From Octopus vulgaris (taxonomy: Eukaryota): 64,000 bases of DNA. A program made the translations under genes and the position numbers. Shown in pieces: positions 40,152 to 54,382 of this stretch. The notes below the pieces were generated by a model. The model searched no databases, was not told the origin of the DNA, and saw only the letters and a program-made list of their open reading frames with translations. The DNA lies in the NCBI GenBank assembly GCA_951406725.2, contig OX597818.1, positions 117,366,001 to 117,430,000 of the forward strand. Direction: 5' to 3'. Within the stretch, counting starts at the first letter, position 1. Each line of letters begins with the position of its first letter.

Positions 40152-41211
40152 ATCTGTCTGTATGTTTGTATGTATGAAAAAGAGTGTTAATATGTTGTAG
40201 GCTTGGAATCGGTACAGTGTATGCTTGAGTTTTATGCGAAGTTTCTTGCCCTTTAATGGAAAACAATGCCCAATTTATAAACGATTTGTCTTCGTATAGA
40301 GTGCTTTAGACGTTTCTGAGAAAGATGGGTATATGCATAGTTTGTACCCTTGTATGTAACAGACAGTATTTATATAAATGGAACTGTGATTTCCCCTGAA
40401 GATTGAAACAAATGCAACTGTACCGTTGCCTTGCTTTTTACTGATGACTGCTTGGTTCTCTTACAATTTTTTTGTTGTTTGATTACTATGATTTATAGTT
40501 GGAACTATTCAGAGTCTAAAAGGTTAGAAAGTAATTGAATGATGTCTTTTACAGGTAAACTGGGGCACCAAATTGTGACACATGCATTTCAGAAAAAAAA
40601 AAAGAAAGAAAAGAAAAAGAAAAAGATAAAAACGAATGTAGTGACACAGTACATTTGAGGTTCCAAATTTGAGCTAATTACTGATTTTTATAGTTGTATG
40701 CAAGCGGAACACTCCTTTGAAATTATGTTTTATTGAGATATCAATTAAACGTTCCAGGAGGGGAAAAAGCAATTAAACAAGACCAGGGTCTTTTGAAAGT
40801 AACGATGACGCAATGTGGTAAAATGTTATAAATGTTTGAATATCAATCGATAGAGATATCGGTAGATTCCTGGATCAAAGAATATTTCGATGGATTAATG
40901 GAGTAACGGGAAAAAAATTAATTGTCGAACGGTTATTATCTGAATGAAAAGGTGCTTGAGGTGCACGAATGTTAAATGGCATTACGAATTAAGGTGAAAA
41001 CTTACGAGTGATTTAATATAATGGTCGGTCAGATACGTGCATAATGTTTATATAAAGAATTTATTAGGTACTTAATTATACAGATGAGATGAAGGAGATA
41101 TGCATAGATAAAAGAATATATACAATTAAATGGGGACTGTTAAAGGGACACAGTCTATAAGTGCGGCTAACAGCTTCAATAGCTCGTATTCAGTCAAGAA
41201 TTAGATATAAC

Positions 41212-41303
<92 letters not shown>

Positions 41304-41779
41304 TGTGTGTCTGTGTGTGTGTGCGTGTGTGTGTGTGTGTATATTGTGTGTGTGTGAGAGAGAGAGAGAGAGCAAGGGTGAAAGACAGGTACATAAATAG
41401 ATAGATTATTAATGTGCCTCTCTATCAATCAAAAGGATTAATAGATATGGTAATAGATAGGTAGATAAATACATAGGTTGGTAAATCGATAGAGAGAGAG
41501 ACAGAGGGACAGAGCGGCAAACAGACAGACATAAAAACAGGCAGACAGAAAAAAATGACAACTAGATTGATACAAACGTGAACAGCCACATAGTTAGAAT
41601 TAATAGTTATATCTCAGGCCATAATCATGTTAATTGCAACCGCCTGATTAGAGAATCTTAAAAGGAAACAGAATTTCTCGTGCTCATAGAAGCAAGAATT
41701 TCTTGTTACTGAATAGTTATTGTGTTGTCTATTTCCCTTGGATTAAACATGGGGATAAGTAGATAGGTAGAGAGTGATG

Positions 41780-42497
41780 CATACATACATACACACTTAT
41801 ATACATACATACATACATACATACATACATACATACATACATACATACATACATACATACATACATACATACATACATACATACATACATACATACATAC
41901 ATACATACGTACAAATATGCATACATACATACATACATACATACATACATACATACGTACATACATACATACATACATACATACATACATACATACATAC
42001 ATACATACATACATACATACATACGTACATACATACATACATACATACATACAAATATGCATACATATATATATGCATACATGCATATATGCATACATAC
42101 ATATATACATTCAAACAGATAGACAGACATATTGAGAGAAAGACAGACGGAAAGATATATAGATAGATACATTGATAGATAGATACATACATACATACCT
42201 ACAAACAAAGACAGACAGACTGATTGAGATATATATATATATATATATATATATCGATAGATAGGTAGATAGATAGATAGATAGATACATAGACAGAGAG
42301 ATAAATAGAAAGACAGACAGACATATACAGATAGACAAACAGATAGATAGATAGAAAGACAGATAGACAGATAGATAGATAGATAGACAGACAAACAGAC
42401 AGACATAGACAGATAGACAGACAAACAGACAGACATAGACAGATATACAGACAGAGGGATAGAAAGGTAGAGAGAGAGTGAGAGAGAGAGAGAGGTG

Positions 42498-42583
<86 letters not shown>

Positions 42584-42585
42584 GA
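41780..42585 (+). repeat. (ATAC)n followed by (ATAG/ACAG)n compound microsatellite
   Basis: About 800 bp; source of the MYVC and IYLS spurious ORFs. Confidence 0.95.
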
Positions 42586-43368
42586 AGTACATTGGTTAAG
42601 TGATATAGACAGACAGATAGACTGATAGACAGAGAGATATGTAGATACGTAGGTAGATAGAACGATAGAAAAACGGATAGGTAGATATGTTGATAGATAC
42701 ATAAAATCAGAAATCTGTTCGGTAAGTAGCTACAAAACTCGGTAGGTAGAAAAGCATACAGTATTATTCGGTTTGTAAAGCAGCGTTGCAAGGCGACGCA
42801 TATAGTGAATGGGTTAGAAGAGAATTCGTAAACAAACAGATACATAAATAAAGCAAAAACTGTGATGATGATAAGAAGAAAAGCAATAAGAACAAGTTAA
42901 TAGTGTGTGAAACTGAAAGTGAAAGTGGATGTGTGTGTGTGTGTGTGTGTGTGTACGCGCACGTGGCAAAATGATAAGTTCAGTTTAATAGTAAGTTTGT
43001 ATAGAGAGCAAAACAACGAATTCACAGGTGGATGAGATGACGAAGCGATGAATGAAAGAATTGATTTAGTTGGGGAAGAAAAGAAAAAAAAAATTCTAAA
43101 CAAATAAAATGTACAACAAATTTAAAACGAATAAATAAATAATTGTATTCTAAAAATAACGAAATCGCTAAAATGAAATAACGGTAGGAAGAGAAAAGGA
43201 AAATAAAACATTATAAAATTTAAATAAATACAAAAAAAAAATAAATAATCGACATAAAAAGCAGGAGGAAAATATATATAAGAAAAATAAAAAAGAAAAG
43301 AAGAAACAGAAAAAATTCTTTCGGGTGGAATGTGGAGAAATCACAGACAGAATTAACATGTGATCTTG

Positions 43369-43422
<54 letters not shown>

Positions 43423-43426
43423 TAAT

Positions 43427-43487
<61 letters not shown>

Positions 43488-43588
43488 GTAATAATAATAA
43501 TAATAAAATTCCATTTCGACTATATACAGCATCACTTCTCGTGCTCTTTACCTTCACATCTTAAGTGAGTTCTATAAATAAGTATGCG

Positions 43589-43649
<61 letters not shown>

Positions 43650-43651
43650 GT

Positions 43652-43693
<42 letters not shown>

Positions 43694-44770
43694 CAGATAG
43701 ATATGCACACGTGCATACATACATTATTTGTACATATATATATATAAAAATACAGAGAGACACTCAGACAGACAGACGCAGTAAACACGCGTGGAATTGT
43801 ATACAGCGAAAAACAAATGAAGCTACAGATGCTGTGAAGATGGAAGAGAAGAATAAACACAAAGAGAGAGGCAGGGAAATAGAGAGAGAGGGGGGAGAGT
43901 GTGTGTGTGTGTGTGTGTGTGTACGTGTGAGGCATGGGGAGAGTGCCTATATATATATATATAAGTGTATGAGTATGTGTTCGTGGGAGATAGTTTATTC
44001 AATCTGTCAGTACATTATTAAGATTTAGATCGATGTTTAAGCATTTTCGTTGCCAGAATTCTTGCGTTTCATTCCATCAATATTGGACACGTGTTAAATG
44101 CGCGCGTGTGTTTACCCGTATATATATATATTACACATAATAAGTATGTATATATGATTATACCTATACATTTATGTGTGTGTGTATGTATATACGTATT
44201 ATATATTACTGTGTATTTGAGAGTAACTCACAAACATGTGTTTAGTTGATTCGCTTTCTGCTCCTCAGTCTGTGTGTGTGTGTGTGTGCGTGCGCCTGTG
44301 TGTGTACATGCCTCTTATAAGTGCTATTTGTTGGTATTGACGCTAAGACACAGGTCAGTTCCGATCGATCAAATTTCCAATGAAAGTTATCTAACCCGTG
44401 TCCATCCGTTTTTGACTTCAGTGCAATCGTGTGCAGCCAATATAGCTTTTATCTTTTTTTCATAAACGGTAAATTGTGATTTCAGTGAAACCTGGCTATC
44501 GATTTTAGTAAGTCAAGCGAACACATTTACGATCGTTCGTATGTTTTATGCATGTATGTTATAACCGAAAAATTAAGTTATTCGCTTGCAATAAAGGAGG
44601 CTCTGTAGTAAAGATTGTTTGCCAACGTAACATGGCAGTCCAGGTTTAGGACTAATGTTGCTGTAATTTAGCCCCAGGAGACATCGTCTCCAGCTGGCTG
44701 TACGCCACGATCTGTGTCCTTATATTTTCAAACGAGAGAATCTAGCCTCTCCACTAAGCTGAAAACAAGA

Positions 44771-44815
44771 TCTGTGTATCGCGATTTCTGGGTTATTTCT
44801 CTTCATCAGCACAGA
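44771..44815 (-). ncRNA. Minimal type I hammerhead ribozyme, Penelope-type
   Basis: Minus strand: TCTGTG-CTGATGA-agagaaataaccca-GAAA-T-CGCG-ATA-CACAGA. Perfect 6-bp stem I, canonical core, palindromic ATCGCGAT stem III, AUA triplet; stem II is degraded. Confidence 0.7.
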
Positions 44816-44834
44816 AGGGGACTCTATATTAGCA

Positions 44835-45122
44835 GATGCGTGGCTTACTCTTTTGTGAGATCGTGAGTTCGATTCCCGACGGTGCGTTGTGTCCTTCAGG
44901 AAGACACGTTGCTCTCCTTCACTCAGCTGCCAAAATGATGAGCTGTACCCTTAATTCAAAAGTCTAGTCACATTCGGTGCCTCACGCTGAATCACTCTGA
45001 GAACTGCAGTGAGAGTACGCGTGTCTGTAGAACGCCCAGCCTTTTGCAGACGTTAATTTCACGATCAAAATGTTCGTTCGATCGAATCAATTGGATCCTG
45101 CATCGTCGCAAAAGACTGAGAA
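44835..45122 (+). mobile_element. SINE family B2, decayed
   Basis: GAGTTCGATTCCCGACGGTGCGTTGTGTCCTT and the B tail CACGCTGAATC...CGTTAATTTCACGA. Confidence 0.75.
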
Positions 45123-47174
45123 GTTCGCAATTTCAGGCAAATATCTTTCACCGTAGACTTGGGTAGACTGATACCTTTTGGGTGAAATGTTGCTGAAAGT
45201 AACTGCATTGAAACCCATTGGATGGACTATACCAATAATTTAAAGTATAGACTTGTTATATACTATTTTACGTTGATTTCACCTGCAATTTACGTTAAGA
45301 TTATACATGTCAGTAGAATAATTATATTCTTATACCCTATTTCAATAAGAAAGGATAGATTATTTCGTTGATCTAAATACTCGAATATTCATCGTCGAAA
45401 TCGGCGGAGACTCACTCACATTATATATGTACCTGTTGGCGACATTCCAGCTGACCCGGGGTGAAATATACCGTTGAAGGACTCCAGTGACAGGTGAAAT
45501 AGCAGATGGTTCTGTGGTTAGGGCTTAGAGGACTCATAGGAGGATGGTCTCTAGGTATGAGTGTTATTAGCCGGCCGATTTGCGGATATTCCCTGATATC
45601 ACGTGAACCAGTCAATGCCTCTAATGATTAAATGCGGCCTGTAGATTAGGGAACGGGCTAAGTAAACTGTATGTAGAAAACAGAAGGCAATGAGGAAACA
45701 CCGATATATTTTCCCCCAAAATAATCATGGGTCTTTAGATTTTGGCATGGAGATCCATGATCGCTGACGCCTGTAAAATATGTATGAAGCATTGAGTTAG
45801 AAAGAGAATTAATATAGTATGAATTCCTTTGATCATAGACCAGACACAAAGAGTTTGATCAATTACTAAAGAATAACAACCTCAACACACAAATGGTTGT
45901 ATGATTATGGTTTTTCACTGGATTCGGAATGATATTGTCTCTTTTAACTGAGGAGATTTTAGTGACTGTTCCTCTTAAAGAAGAGATCCAATGATTATAT
46001 TCCTACTATAGGAAAAGTTGTCTGAGTTATGCAATCTTATAGTGACGGGGCATGGGGCTTATTTCCAGGTATTGCTATCGTCACGTTGAGGGAAATATAT
46101 CCAGTGTCAAGGGTGACCAAAAGCAACTGGTACTTCATCTGTAGCAAATTACTAGAACATTTCTGCCGTAAATTGCCTTAAAACTGGCCATCACAGCTTG
46201 TTTTACTTATATGCGTACACTCCAAGCTGTTGACTTTCTGGAAACCAAGAAATTCCATTATCTAATTATCTTATACTAAAAACAAAATAAAAATGTGGAA
46301 ACTGACGTTATATTATTAGTTTTATTTCTTTATAGCTGGAAAGAAGGAAAAAAAGTTCTATGTTTCGGACAGTTGTTCTACCTCACAGAAAAGAAGAAAA
46401 AGATGAAAGACGGAGAAAGTGAAAAGGAAAAAAAATTCTGGAAGGAAATTACACGTGTCGTTAGTTTTGAGGTATGATGTGAATTGTGGACGGAATGTGT
46501 ATAGAGGGGGAAAGACGATGTGTAGGTGTGTAGGTGAAGAGAGCGTTAGTAAAGGGAGACAATGATGGCCGAGCAAGAGAGTTGTATAAGCGAACTTGTG
46601 TTTATATGCGTACATTGTGTCGGGACGAACGTATGTGTGTTGTACTATTAATAGTAATGTGCGATGCATATAATGGGAAAAATGCTGGTATATGTTTAGA
46701 GCTGTTTTAAGTGGGACGAAATAGCGTGTGTGTATGTGTGTGTGTGTGCGTGTGTTGTTACCACACGTTGCCATAATCCTGAATCACAAAGTCTTTGTGA
46801 TCTGCACGTTCGTCTTAATTTCTTATTTCAATTGACCTCGTTTGTGTAGCTCGTGCTTACATCTCGTCCGAACGTATTTTCAATTAGTTTCACTATTCTA
46901 GCCACACAATTCACCTTAGCTGCTGTCTCCAGGACAATGTCCTTCCACAAGAAGGATCCCTCTTGCTGCTCATTAACAATCCTATTTATTCTGCGTCCTT
47001 CCTTGAACATATTCTAACTTTTCTCATCTACTCGTCTCATGCCAGCATCCACTCTACTGATATCCAGATCCACTGCACGATTCGAACGCAGTTCACTGAA
47101 GGCCGGAATGGATGCATCAAAATTGTTCCATTCAAACACCAAATGGCTCTGCAACCTCTCTGATGTTGTAATTA

Positions 47175-47415
47175 CAGGAATGCCTCGATATACGAGTTAA
47201 TTTGATCACGAAGATCGCTCGTAAAGCAGAGCAATGATTCCCCATAGTAGGAATGAAATTTTATGCTGTCATTTTACCCCGAAGGTACGTAGACGTGTTA
47301 GAACCAGTGCTGTCACATGTTGCGACTTTGTCACACACACAAAATGGCTGTTTAAAATAAAAGTCGTGAATCCGGCCTCTCGTAAAACGGGTCCTCGTAA
47401 AGTGAAGTATTACTG
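47175..47415. mobile_element. Tigger/pogo-like MITE
   Basis: TIRs CAGGAATGCCTCGATATACGAG and (rc) CAGTAATACTTCACTTTACGAG (16/22 identical); TA on both flanks. Confidence 0.7.
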
Positions 47416-47928
47416 TATTTATTGAAAGGCTGAGACTTTCTACGTCACCCCTGAAAGTTTTAGCAAATAAATCTAACGAAGAACGAAATATATATCTGTA
47501 CATATATACATAAGCACACACACATATCGAGGCCATAAATATGTACGATTCTTTTCTGCATACGTACGATTTTTTCCTAACATCGTTTGCTGATAACAAT
47601 TATTCAGGCAGACACTCGAGTTAACGACGGTCCTCGTATCTTCATCATCTGACAATATGCCATTCCTTAATAGCATGCCAGCTTTAGAGAAAATTCTTGA
47701 TTATTATGATAATCTCCTCTTTTCATATAGAACTGGTCATATTAGCCATTTCATAATTACGACACATCGGAGTTAATGTTGTAAGGTGTACAGCATATCT
47801 GCATATGTCCATGCATCACAATCCACTCTGAGTTATTTCCCTTAGCTCAATTTGTTTAAACTACAGACGCATCTATATATACCGTACATACGTAAATAAA
47901 TTCATAGACACCTACACAAACACATTGC

Positions 47929-47960
<32 letters not shown>

Positions 47961-48753
47961 TTAAACATAATAAATAATATTAGGATAATAAGAATTATAG
48001 AAAAGATTATTACCTGTGGCCTAGCACAAAAACGATTAGTCAATAGACTATATATTATTTACATAAAAATATCGTGTACATTAAAACACTGCTCTTTCTA
48101 GCACAAGGGTTTCCTATTTGGAAGCCTCTTAATGTGTTTTAAAGTACACGATATTTTTATATATATATACATAAATCAAAATACATATGTATATATGCAT
48201 AAGTATTCATGTATATTTGTAGGTATAGTTGTGTGTATGGTGTTTGTATGCATGCGTGTATGTCTCTGTGTGTGAGTGTGTGTGTGCCTCACTGCCGTCG
48301 CCGGTTCAGTGTTGCTGTGTATGTACTTGGTAACAGTCTGCGGTAGTTGGCTAGAATCTGAAGCCAATTGGTGCGAGCTTCCAATGTAGTAAACGCTGTT
48401 ATTGTACAATGGAATGACAAAGAACGATGAGGCAATAACTCTAAAATCCAATACGTACAATGATAGAAACCCGAGAGCGAAGATAAGTCTGTGGGATACA
48501 GTGAAGATGTTTCAGTATCGGATGTATTGAATAAGCAGTTAGGAATGCGAACAGATTCTGGAATTCTTTGAGTCGAAATCATTAGTAATAGAAAATAAAA
48601 CGGCGTCAGTAAACATACATGTATACATATAGCGTATGTGCGCCCGTGTATAAACATGTACGTATATATGTACACATATATAGATATATGTATATGTGTG
48701 TGTGTGTGTGTACGAGTGCGTGTGCGTGTGTGTGTTTACATACGCGCGCATAC

Positions 48754-48785
<32 letters not shown>

Positions 48786-48899
48786 GTATGTATAACTGTT
48801 ACCAGTATTAGTAATACGATGGTACGTTATGAACAACAAAAGCTTACAACAGCAAAATGGGGAAAATACGCAAAGGTATATGCGTGTGTGAAAGCGTAT

Positions 48900-48956
<57 letters not shown>

Positions 48957-48993
48957 TGTGTGTCTGTGAAAGCGTATGCTTCCGTGTGTATAT

Positions 48994-49033
<40 letters not shown>

Positions 49034-49508
49034 TGTAGTTGAAAATGTAAAATTAATGGGTAAAACAGATTTTTAGGAATTTATTCCCCACACGTCGTTA
49101 ATGACCACACTGGTTTTCCATATCCGGTTTGGTCAACTAGGAGTGAAGAAGGAAGTCAGAACGAGCTGTTCTACAATGTAAATGCGGTGTATACACGTGT
49201 GTGTATATGTGTGTGTATGTATGTATGTATGTATGGGTGTTTGCTTTTCTTTCGAAGTGTGTCTGGTTGGGGTAGCTGTTTACTTATGATAAAATATTGC
49301 ATAAAGACGCTAAGACATCAAATTTTAATGAGCATAGAATAGCTTAGCATAGAAGAAAGAAAAGCAAGATATTGTCATTTTGATACAAGCCAAGGATAGT
49401 TCTGTTCAAGTTGACCTATTATCAGAAGCGTTCCTGATTTGACCATCCTGTTTTCTTTTCAGGCATCCTGAATTCAGGATCTACTACATTACTTTTGCGT
49501 TGCAAAGG

Positions 49509-49799
49509 ATTATTATTATTATTGTTGTTGTTGTTATTATTATTATTGAGTATTTTTATAGCGTGCTTTCACTTCACTACCGAGCGCAGCTCTGTGTGCC
49601 TTGGGTATGTGCTGTGGTTTGTTGTGATGCTCTTACGGTTACTGTATTGAAAGTGTTTTGCATAGGATGTGTGCAGTGCCCAGTAGTGCAATTTTCTCTA
49701 CGTTATATATAGTCCTGGTGTTTTTGTTGTGTATTTGTCTGAATACTTTTTTATCATACCTAATGCGCCTACTATGATAGGTATTGTTTCTGTTTTTAG
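49509..49799 (-). mobile_element. R4/Dong-clade LINE 3' end (C-terminal ORF remnant, 3' UTR, (TAA)n tail/target)
   Basis: Translation LKTETIPIIVGALGMIKKYSDKYTTKTPGL, frameshift, IYNVEKIALLGTAHILCKTLSIQ* matches the R4/Dong C-terminus (P.VVGALG...QK..LLGTA.ILRK.L); ends in a TAA microsatellite, the known Dong target. Confidence 0.88.
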
Positions 49800-49950
49800 C
49801 GGTATTTTGCCTGGCGTTACGTACTGAGTTCAAATTCCGCCGAAGTCGACTTTGCCTTTCATCTTTTCGGGGTTGATAAAGTAAGTACCAGTTGCGTACT
49901 GAGTCGATCTAAATGACTGCCCCTCCCCAAACTTTCGGGCCTAATGCCCG
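49797..49950 (+). mobile_element. SINE family C, 5'-truncated
   Basis: TAGCGGTATTTTGCC...GAGTTCAAATTCCGCCGAAGTCGACTTTGCCTTTCATC. Confidence 0.85.
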
Positions 49951-49967
49951 ATTATTATTATTATTAT

Positions 49968-50130
49968 AGCAGAATGAACGAAACGCTTAGCAGTATTTCG
50001 CACGTCGCTACGTTCTGAGTTCAAATACTACTGAGGTCGACTTTGCCTTTCATCATTTCGGTGGTCGATAAATTAAGTACCAATCAAGCGCTTGGGTCGA
50101 TGTAATCGACATATTCCCTCCCACAAAATG
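49968..50130 (+). mobile_element. SINE family C, decayed monomer
   Basis: CGTTCTGAGTTCAAATAC...GCCTTTCATCATTTCGGTGGTCGATAAATTAAGTACC. Confidence 0.85.
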
Positions 50131-50227
50131 TTAGATACGTATATGCTGACGGTACATTGAGCCCGGAATCAATCGAACTCTTTACTGAAGAGGCTACGGA
50201 AATAGTAGTAGTCATCTAGTATGTATT

Positions 50228-50607
50228 CTTTTCTACGCTAAGTACAAGGCCAGTCGATTAGATCGAGCCCAGTACGTAACTGGTACTTAATTTATCGATA
50301 TCGAAAGGATGAAAAGCAAAGTTGTCCTCGGCGGAATTTGAACTCAGAACGTAGCGGCAGACGAAATACCTATTTCTTTACTGCCCACAAGGGGCTACAC
50401 GCATAGGGGACAAACAAGGACAGATAAACGGATTATGTCGATTACATCGACCCCAGTGCGTAACTGGTACTTAATTTATTGACCCCGAAAGGATGAAAGG
50501 CAATGTCGACCTCGGTGGAATTTGAACTCAGAACGTAACGGCAGACGAAATACGGCTACGCATCTCGCCCGGCGTGCTAACGTTTCTGCCAGCTCGCCGT
50601 TTTGTCT
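50228..50607 (-). mobile_element. SINE family C dimer with TSD
   Basis: Two central domains in tandem; TSD TCTAGTAT(G/A)TATT at 50215-50227 and 50608-50620. Confidence 0.88.
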
Positions 50608-51334
50608 TCTAGTATATATTAGCGTTATTTCACTCAACACGTTTTATTTTCATCATACAGTCGAAAGAATTCTCTGCATAGGAATATCTCACAGTTCTTT
50701 TCTAATATTATCTGTTACGTACCTTATTTATTTGTTTCTTACTTTAAATATATATATGTGTATATTTTTTCCATTTCTTCTCATAACTCATCTCTTTGCT
50801 CTAGAGACCTCATCTTTTCTTGTTATTGTACATGTCCCATTTTTTACTGTCGTGTACGTTTATCATATCTGCTCATATAAGCCACAATGGCTAATCTTGC
50901 TGACACCGACAAATTGAAGAACAGTATCTGATGGTGTTGAAATTGCGACGTTATCTTGTCAATAACTGCTGAGGGAATAAGCATGTCCGTCTCTATGGCG
51001 TGTGCTTTTCCTGTTCTTTTCTCATTTGTTCCTTTGTCACAGCCTGCCACATTCTTATTATATATACACGTGCAAACATACACACACACATACTCTCTCT
51101 CTGTCTCTGTCTCTCTGTCTGTCTCTGTCTGTCTGTCTGTCTCTCTCTCTTTGTTTCTCTAACACACATATATGCTTATATATGAAGAATGGGAAAGAGA
51201 GAACAAAGGGAAAGATAGAGGCACAAAGGGAGATATTTTTTTATGTCTGAAATATATCAATGCCTATCAATGGAGAAATCATTCATGTTTTAACGCGATT
51301 ATATGATCAGCAAAACGTGCTTCGTTACGTGAAT

Positions 51335-52193
51335 ATTCTTTTTTATTCAAGGTACAAGATCCGAAATTTTGGGGGAGGGGGCCAGTCGATTAGATCGACC
51401 CCAGTACGCAACTGGTACTTAATTTATCGATATCGAAAGGATGAAAGGCAAAGTCGACCTCAGTGATTTCAGAATGTAAAGACAGACGAAATACCGACAA
51501 GCATTTCGCCCGAGGTGCTAACGTTTCTTATTTCTTTATTGCCCACAAGGGGCTAAACATAGAGGAGACAAACAAGTACAGACAAAGGGATTAAGTCGAT
51601 TGCATCGACTCCAGTGCGTAAACGGTACTTAACTTATCGACCCCGAAAGGATGAAAGGCAAAGTCGACCTCGGAGGAATTTGAACTCAGAACGTAACGGC
51701 AGACGAAATACCGCTGAGCATATCGCCCGGCGTGCTAACGTTTCTTATTTCTTTATTACCCACAAGGGCCTAAACATAGAGGAGACAAACAAGTACAGAC
51801 AAAGGGATTAAGTCGATTGCATCGACTCCAGTGCGTAAACGGTACTTAATTTATCGACCCCGAAAGGATGAAAGGCAAAGTCGACCTCGGAGGAATTTGA
51901 ACTCAGAACGTAACGGCAGACGAAATACCGCTGAGCATATCGCCCGGCGTGCTAACGTTTCTTATTTCTTTATTACCCACAAGGGCCTAAACATAGAGGA
52001 GACAAACAAGGACAGACAAAGGGATTAAGTCGATTGCATCGACTCCAGTGCGTAAATGGTACTTAATTTATCGACCCCGAAAGGATGAAAGGCAAAGTCG
52101 ACCTCGGCGGAATCTGAACTCAGAATGTAACGGCAGACGAAATACCGCTAAGCATTTCGCCCGGCGTGCTAACGTTTCTGCCAGCTCACCGCC
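51335..52193 (-). mobile_element. SINE family C tandem tetramer (217-bp period) with a single TSD
   Basis: Repeated ORF starts at 51614, 51831 and 52048 give a period of 217; TSD TTCGTTACGTGAAT at 51321-51334 and 52194-52207. Confidence 0.92.
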
Positions 52194-52582
52194 TTCGTTA
52201 CGTGAATTTTACAAACGTTCCACCGGTAATCCACGCAAAATGTAGAAAGCGCATATTTAAAATAGTTGTCTTAGCAGGAAGATATATAAGCAATTAAAGC
52301 GAAAAATCGAAATGATACAACAAGTATCACGAACAACAACAAAACAGCACCAAATTTGAAGATCACAATGAACATAAGTAAGAGTAAACATGGCCAATAA
52401 ACTGTATTTGAATTTTTTAAAGAACTAAGCATAATCTACTCAAAATAGAGTCTGAGTAATCTTGTTAGTTTCATAATCATATTAATTCTTAATGTTTCAT
52501 CGTTTCTAGCACTCGAATATCAAATAAAGCGTCTGCATTTCAATAAACCATACAAATGTATATGTGTATATATATGTATATA

Positions 52583-52653
<71 letters not shown>

Positions 52654-52666
52654 GTATATATATATC

Positions 52667-53206
<540 letters not shown>

Positions 53207-53234
53207 CTCGCATATATATATATATTTCAGCAAC

Positions 53235-53268
<34 letters not shown>

Positions 53269-53625
53269 GGTCGCATGGTCCAGCCATCGCCTGCTAAAAT
53301 GGCAACCCGACCAAGCCTGTTCGATAAGTGTGGTTGAACACCAAGCAGATAGAAAAACTAAACCTGTTAAAGGACGAATGAACTCAGTAGAATCAAAGAC
53401 TACCCTACAGTCGAGCATAAGAGGGCCTTAGGTTTTGTATTACACATCTATATTGAAGGAGATTTCGCGTTATTGCGAAGCGGAGGATCTCATTTTTACA
53501 CGTTGCTGAAATACGTAAAGGAAAGACTTAGCTATATTGTGCAAGGACATTGTTTGACACCTTGTATAAGATAATTTGTTAGTGATGGCCATACTTATCT
53601 ATCTCTCTATTTATCTATCTTCTCT

Positions 53626-53666
<41 letters not shown>

Positions 53667-54382
53667 TAAAACATTGTCTTGAATAAGCAAATGCTCATGT
53701 TCTCTTTAAAAAAGTGGATAAAAAAATAAATGTTTAGAAAATAATTTTAACCCTTCGTTTTGGTTTGTTAAGTTACTGTTAATTATAAGGAATAATAATC
53801 ATTAAGATATGTATGAGTGAGAGCGATAATATTGAAATAACTAAATTACATCCAAATTCATGAAAAACACACCTTCTCTTAGTTAATTACATATGGTAAT
53901 TAGATGAAAGCTGATTAAACGTTCTCATCTGGATGGGTTCGAAGACCAGGTTGCTCGAAATGTCACATCATAACGCTTCTACTTTATTTAGTAACAAAAC
54001 TAATTTGTTTGATAAGGCAGCATAGCTACATAATCATAATATATTTAGTGGGTGCTGGTCTGAAAGAAGATTCATTAAATATATTCTAAATAAGGAATAT
54101 TTCTAAGTATATGATATCTAAAATCCCTACGCGACAATATTAGCAGTCAAACTACACCATAAATAGCTAACGGCGGAAGCATTTCAGTGACATATTATAT
54201 CCTGTAAATGATTGCTATTTGCAATCCAAGGGCAATAGAAACTATCAAAAATATTAATAAAACGCACAATCATAATCGTTTGGAAATATATAAATGTATT
54301 AATATATTAATGTATAAACGCACGTATCTCCATTTGAGGAACTATGTCTATTCTTGTTAATGAGCAAGCGGTACTATGCGGG

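Noticed and set aside
41706-42845. Long MYVC and IYLS ORFs (likewise 5711-6248, 17785-18315, 22188-22865)
   Set aside because: Simple-repeat artefacts.
45432-45638. Minus-strand exon-like segment (ctacag ... CAG|gtacat)
   Set aside because: All three frames are closed near the acceptor and no homology is recognised.
51614-52245. Three near-identical 65-aa ORFs resembling a gene array or CRISPR
   Set aside because: Antisense translation of tandem SINE C units; no unique spacers; eukaryotic context.
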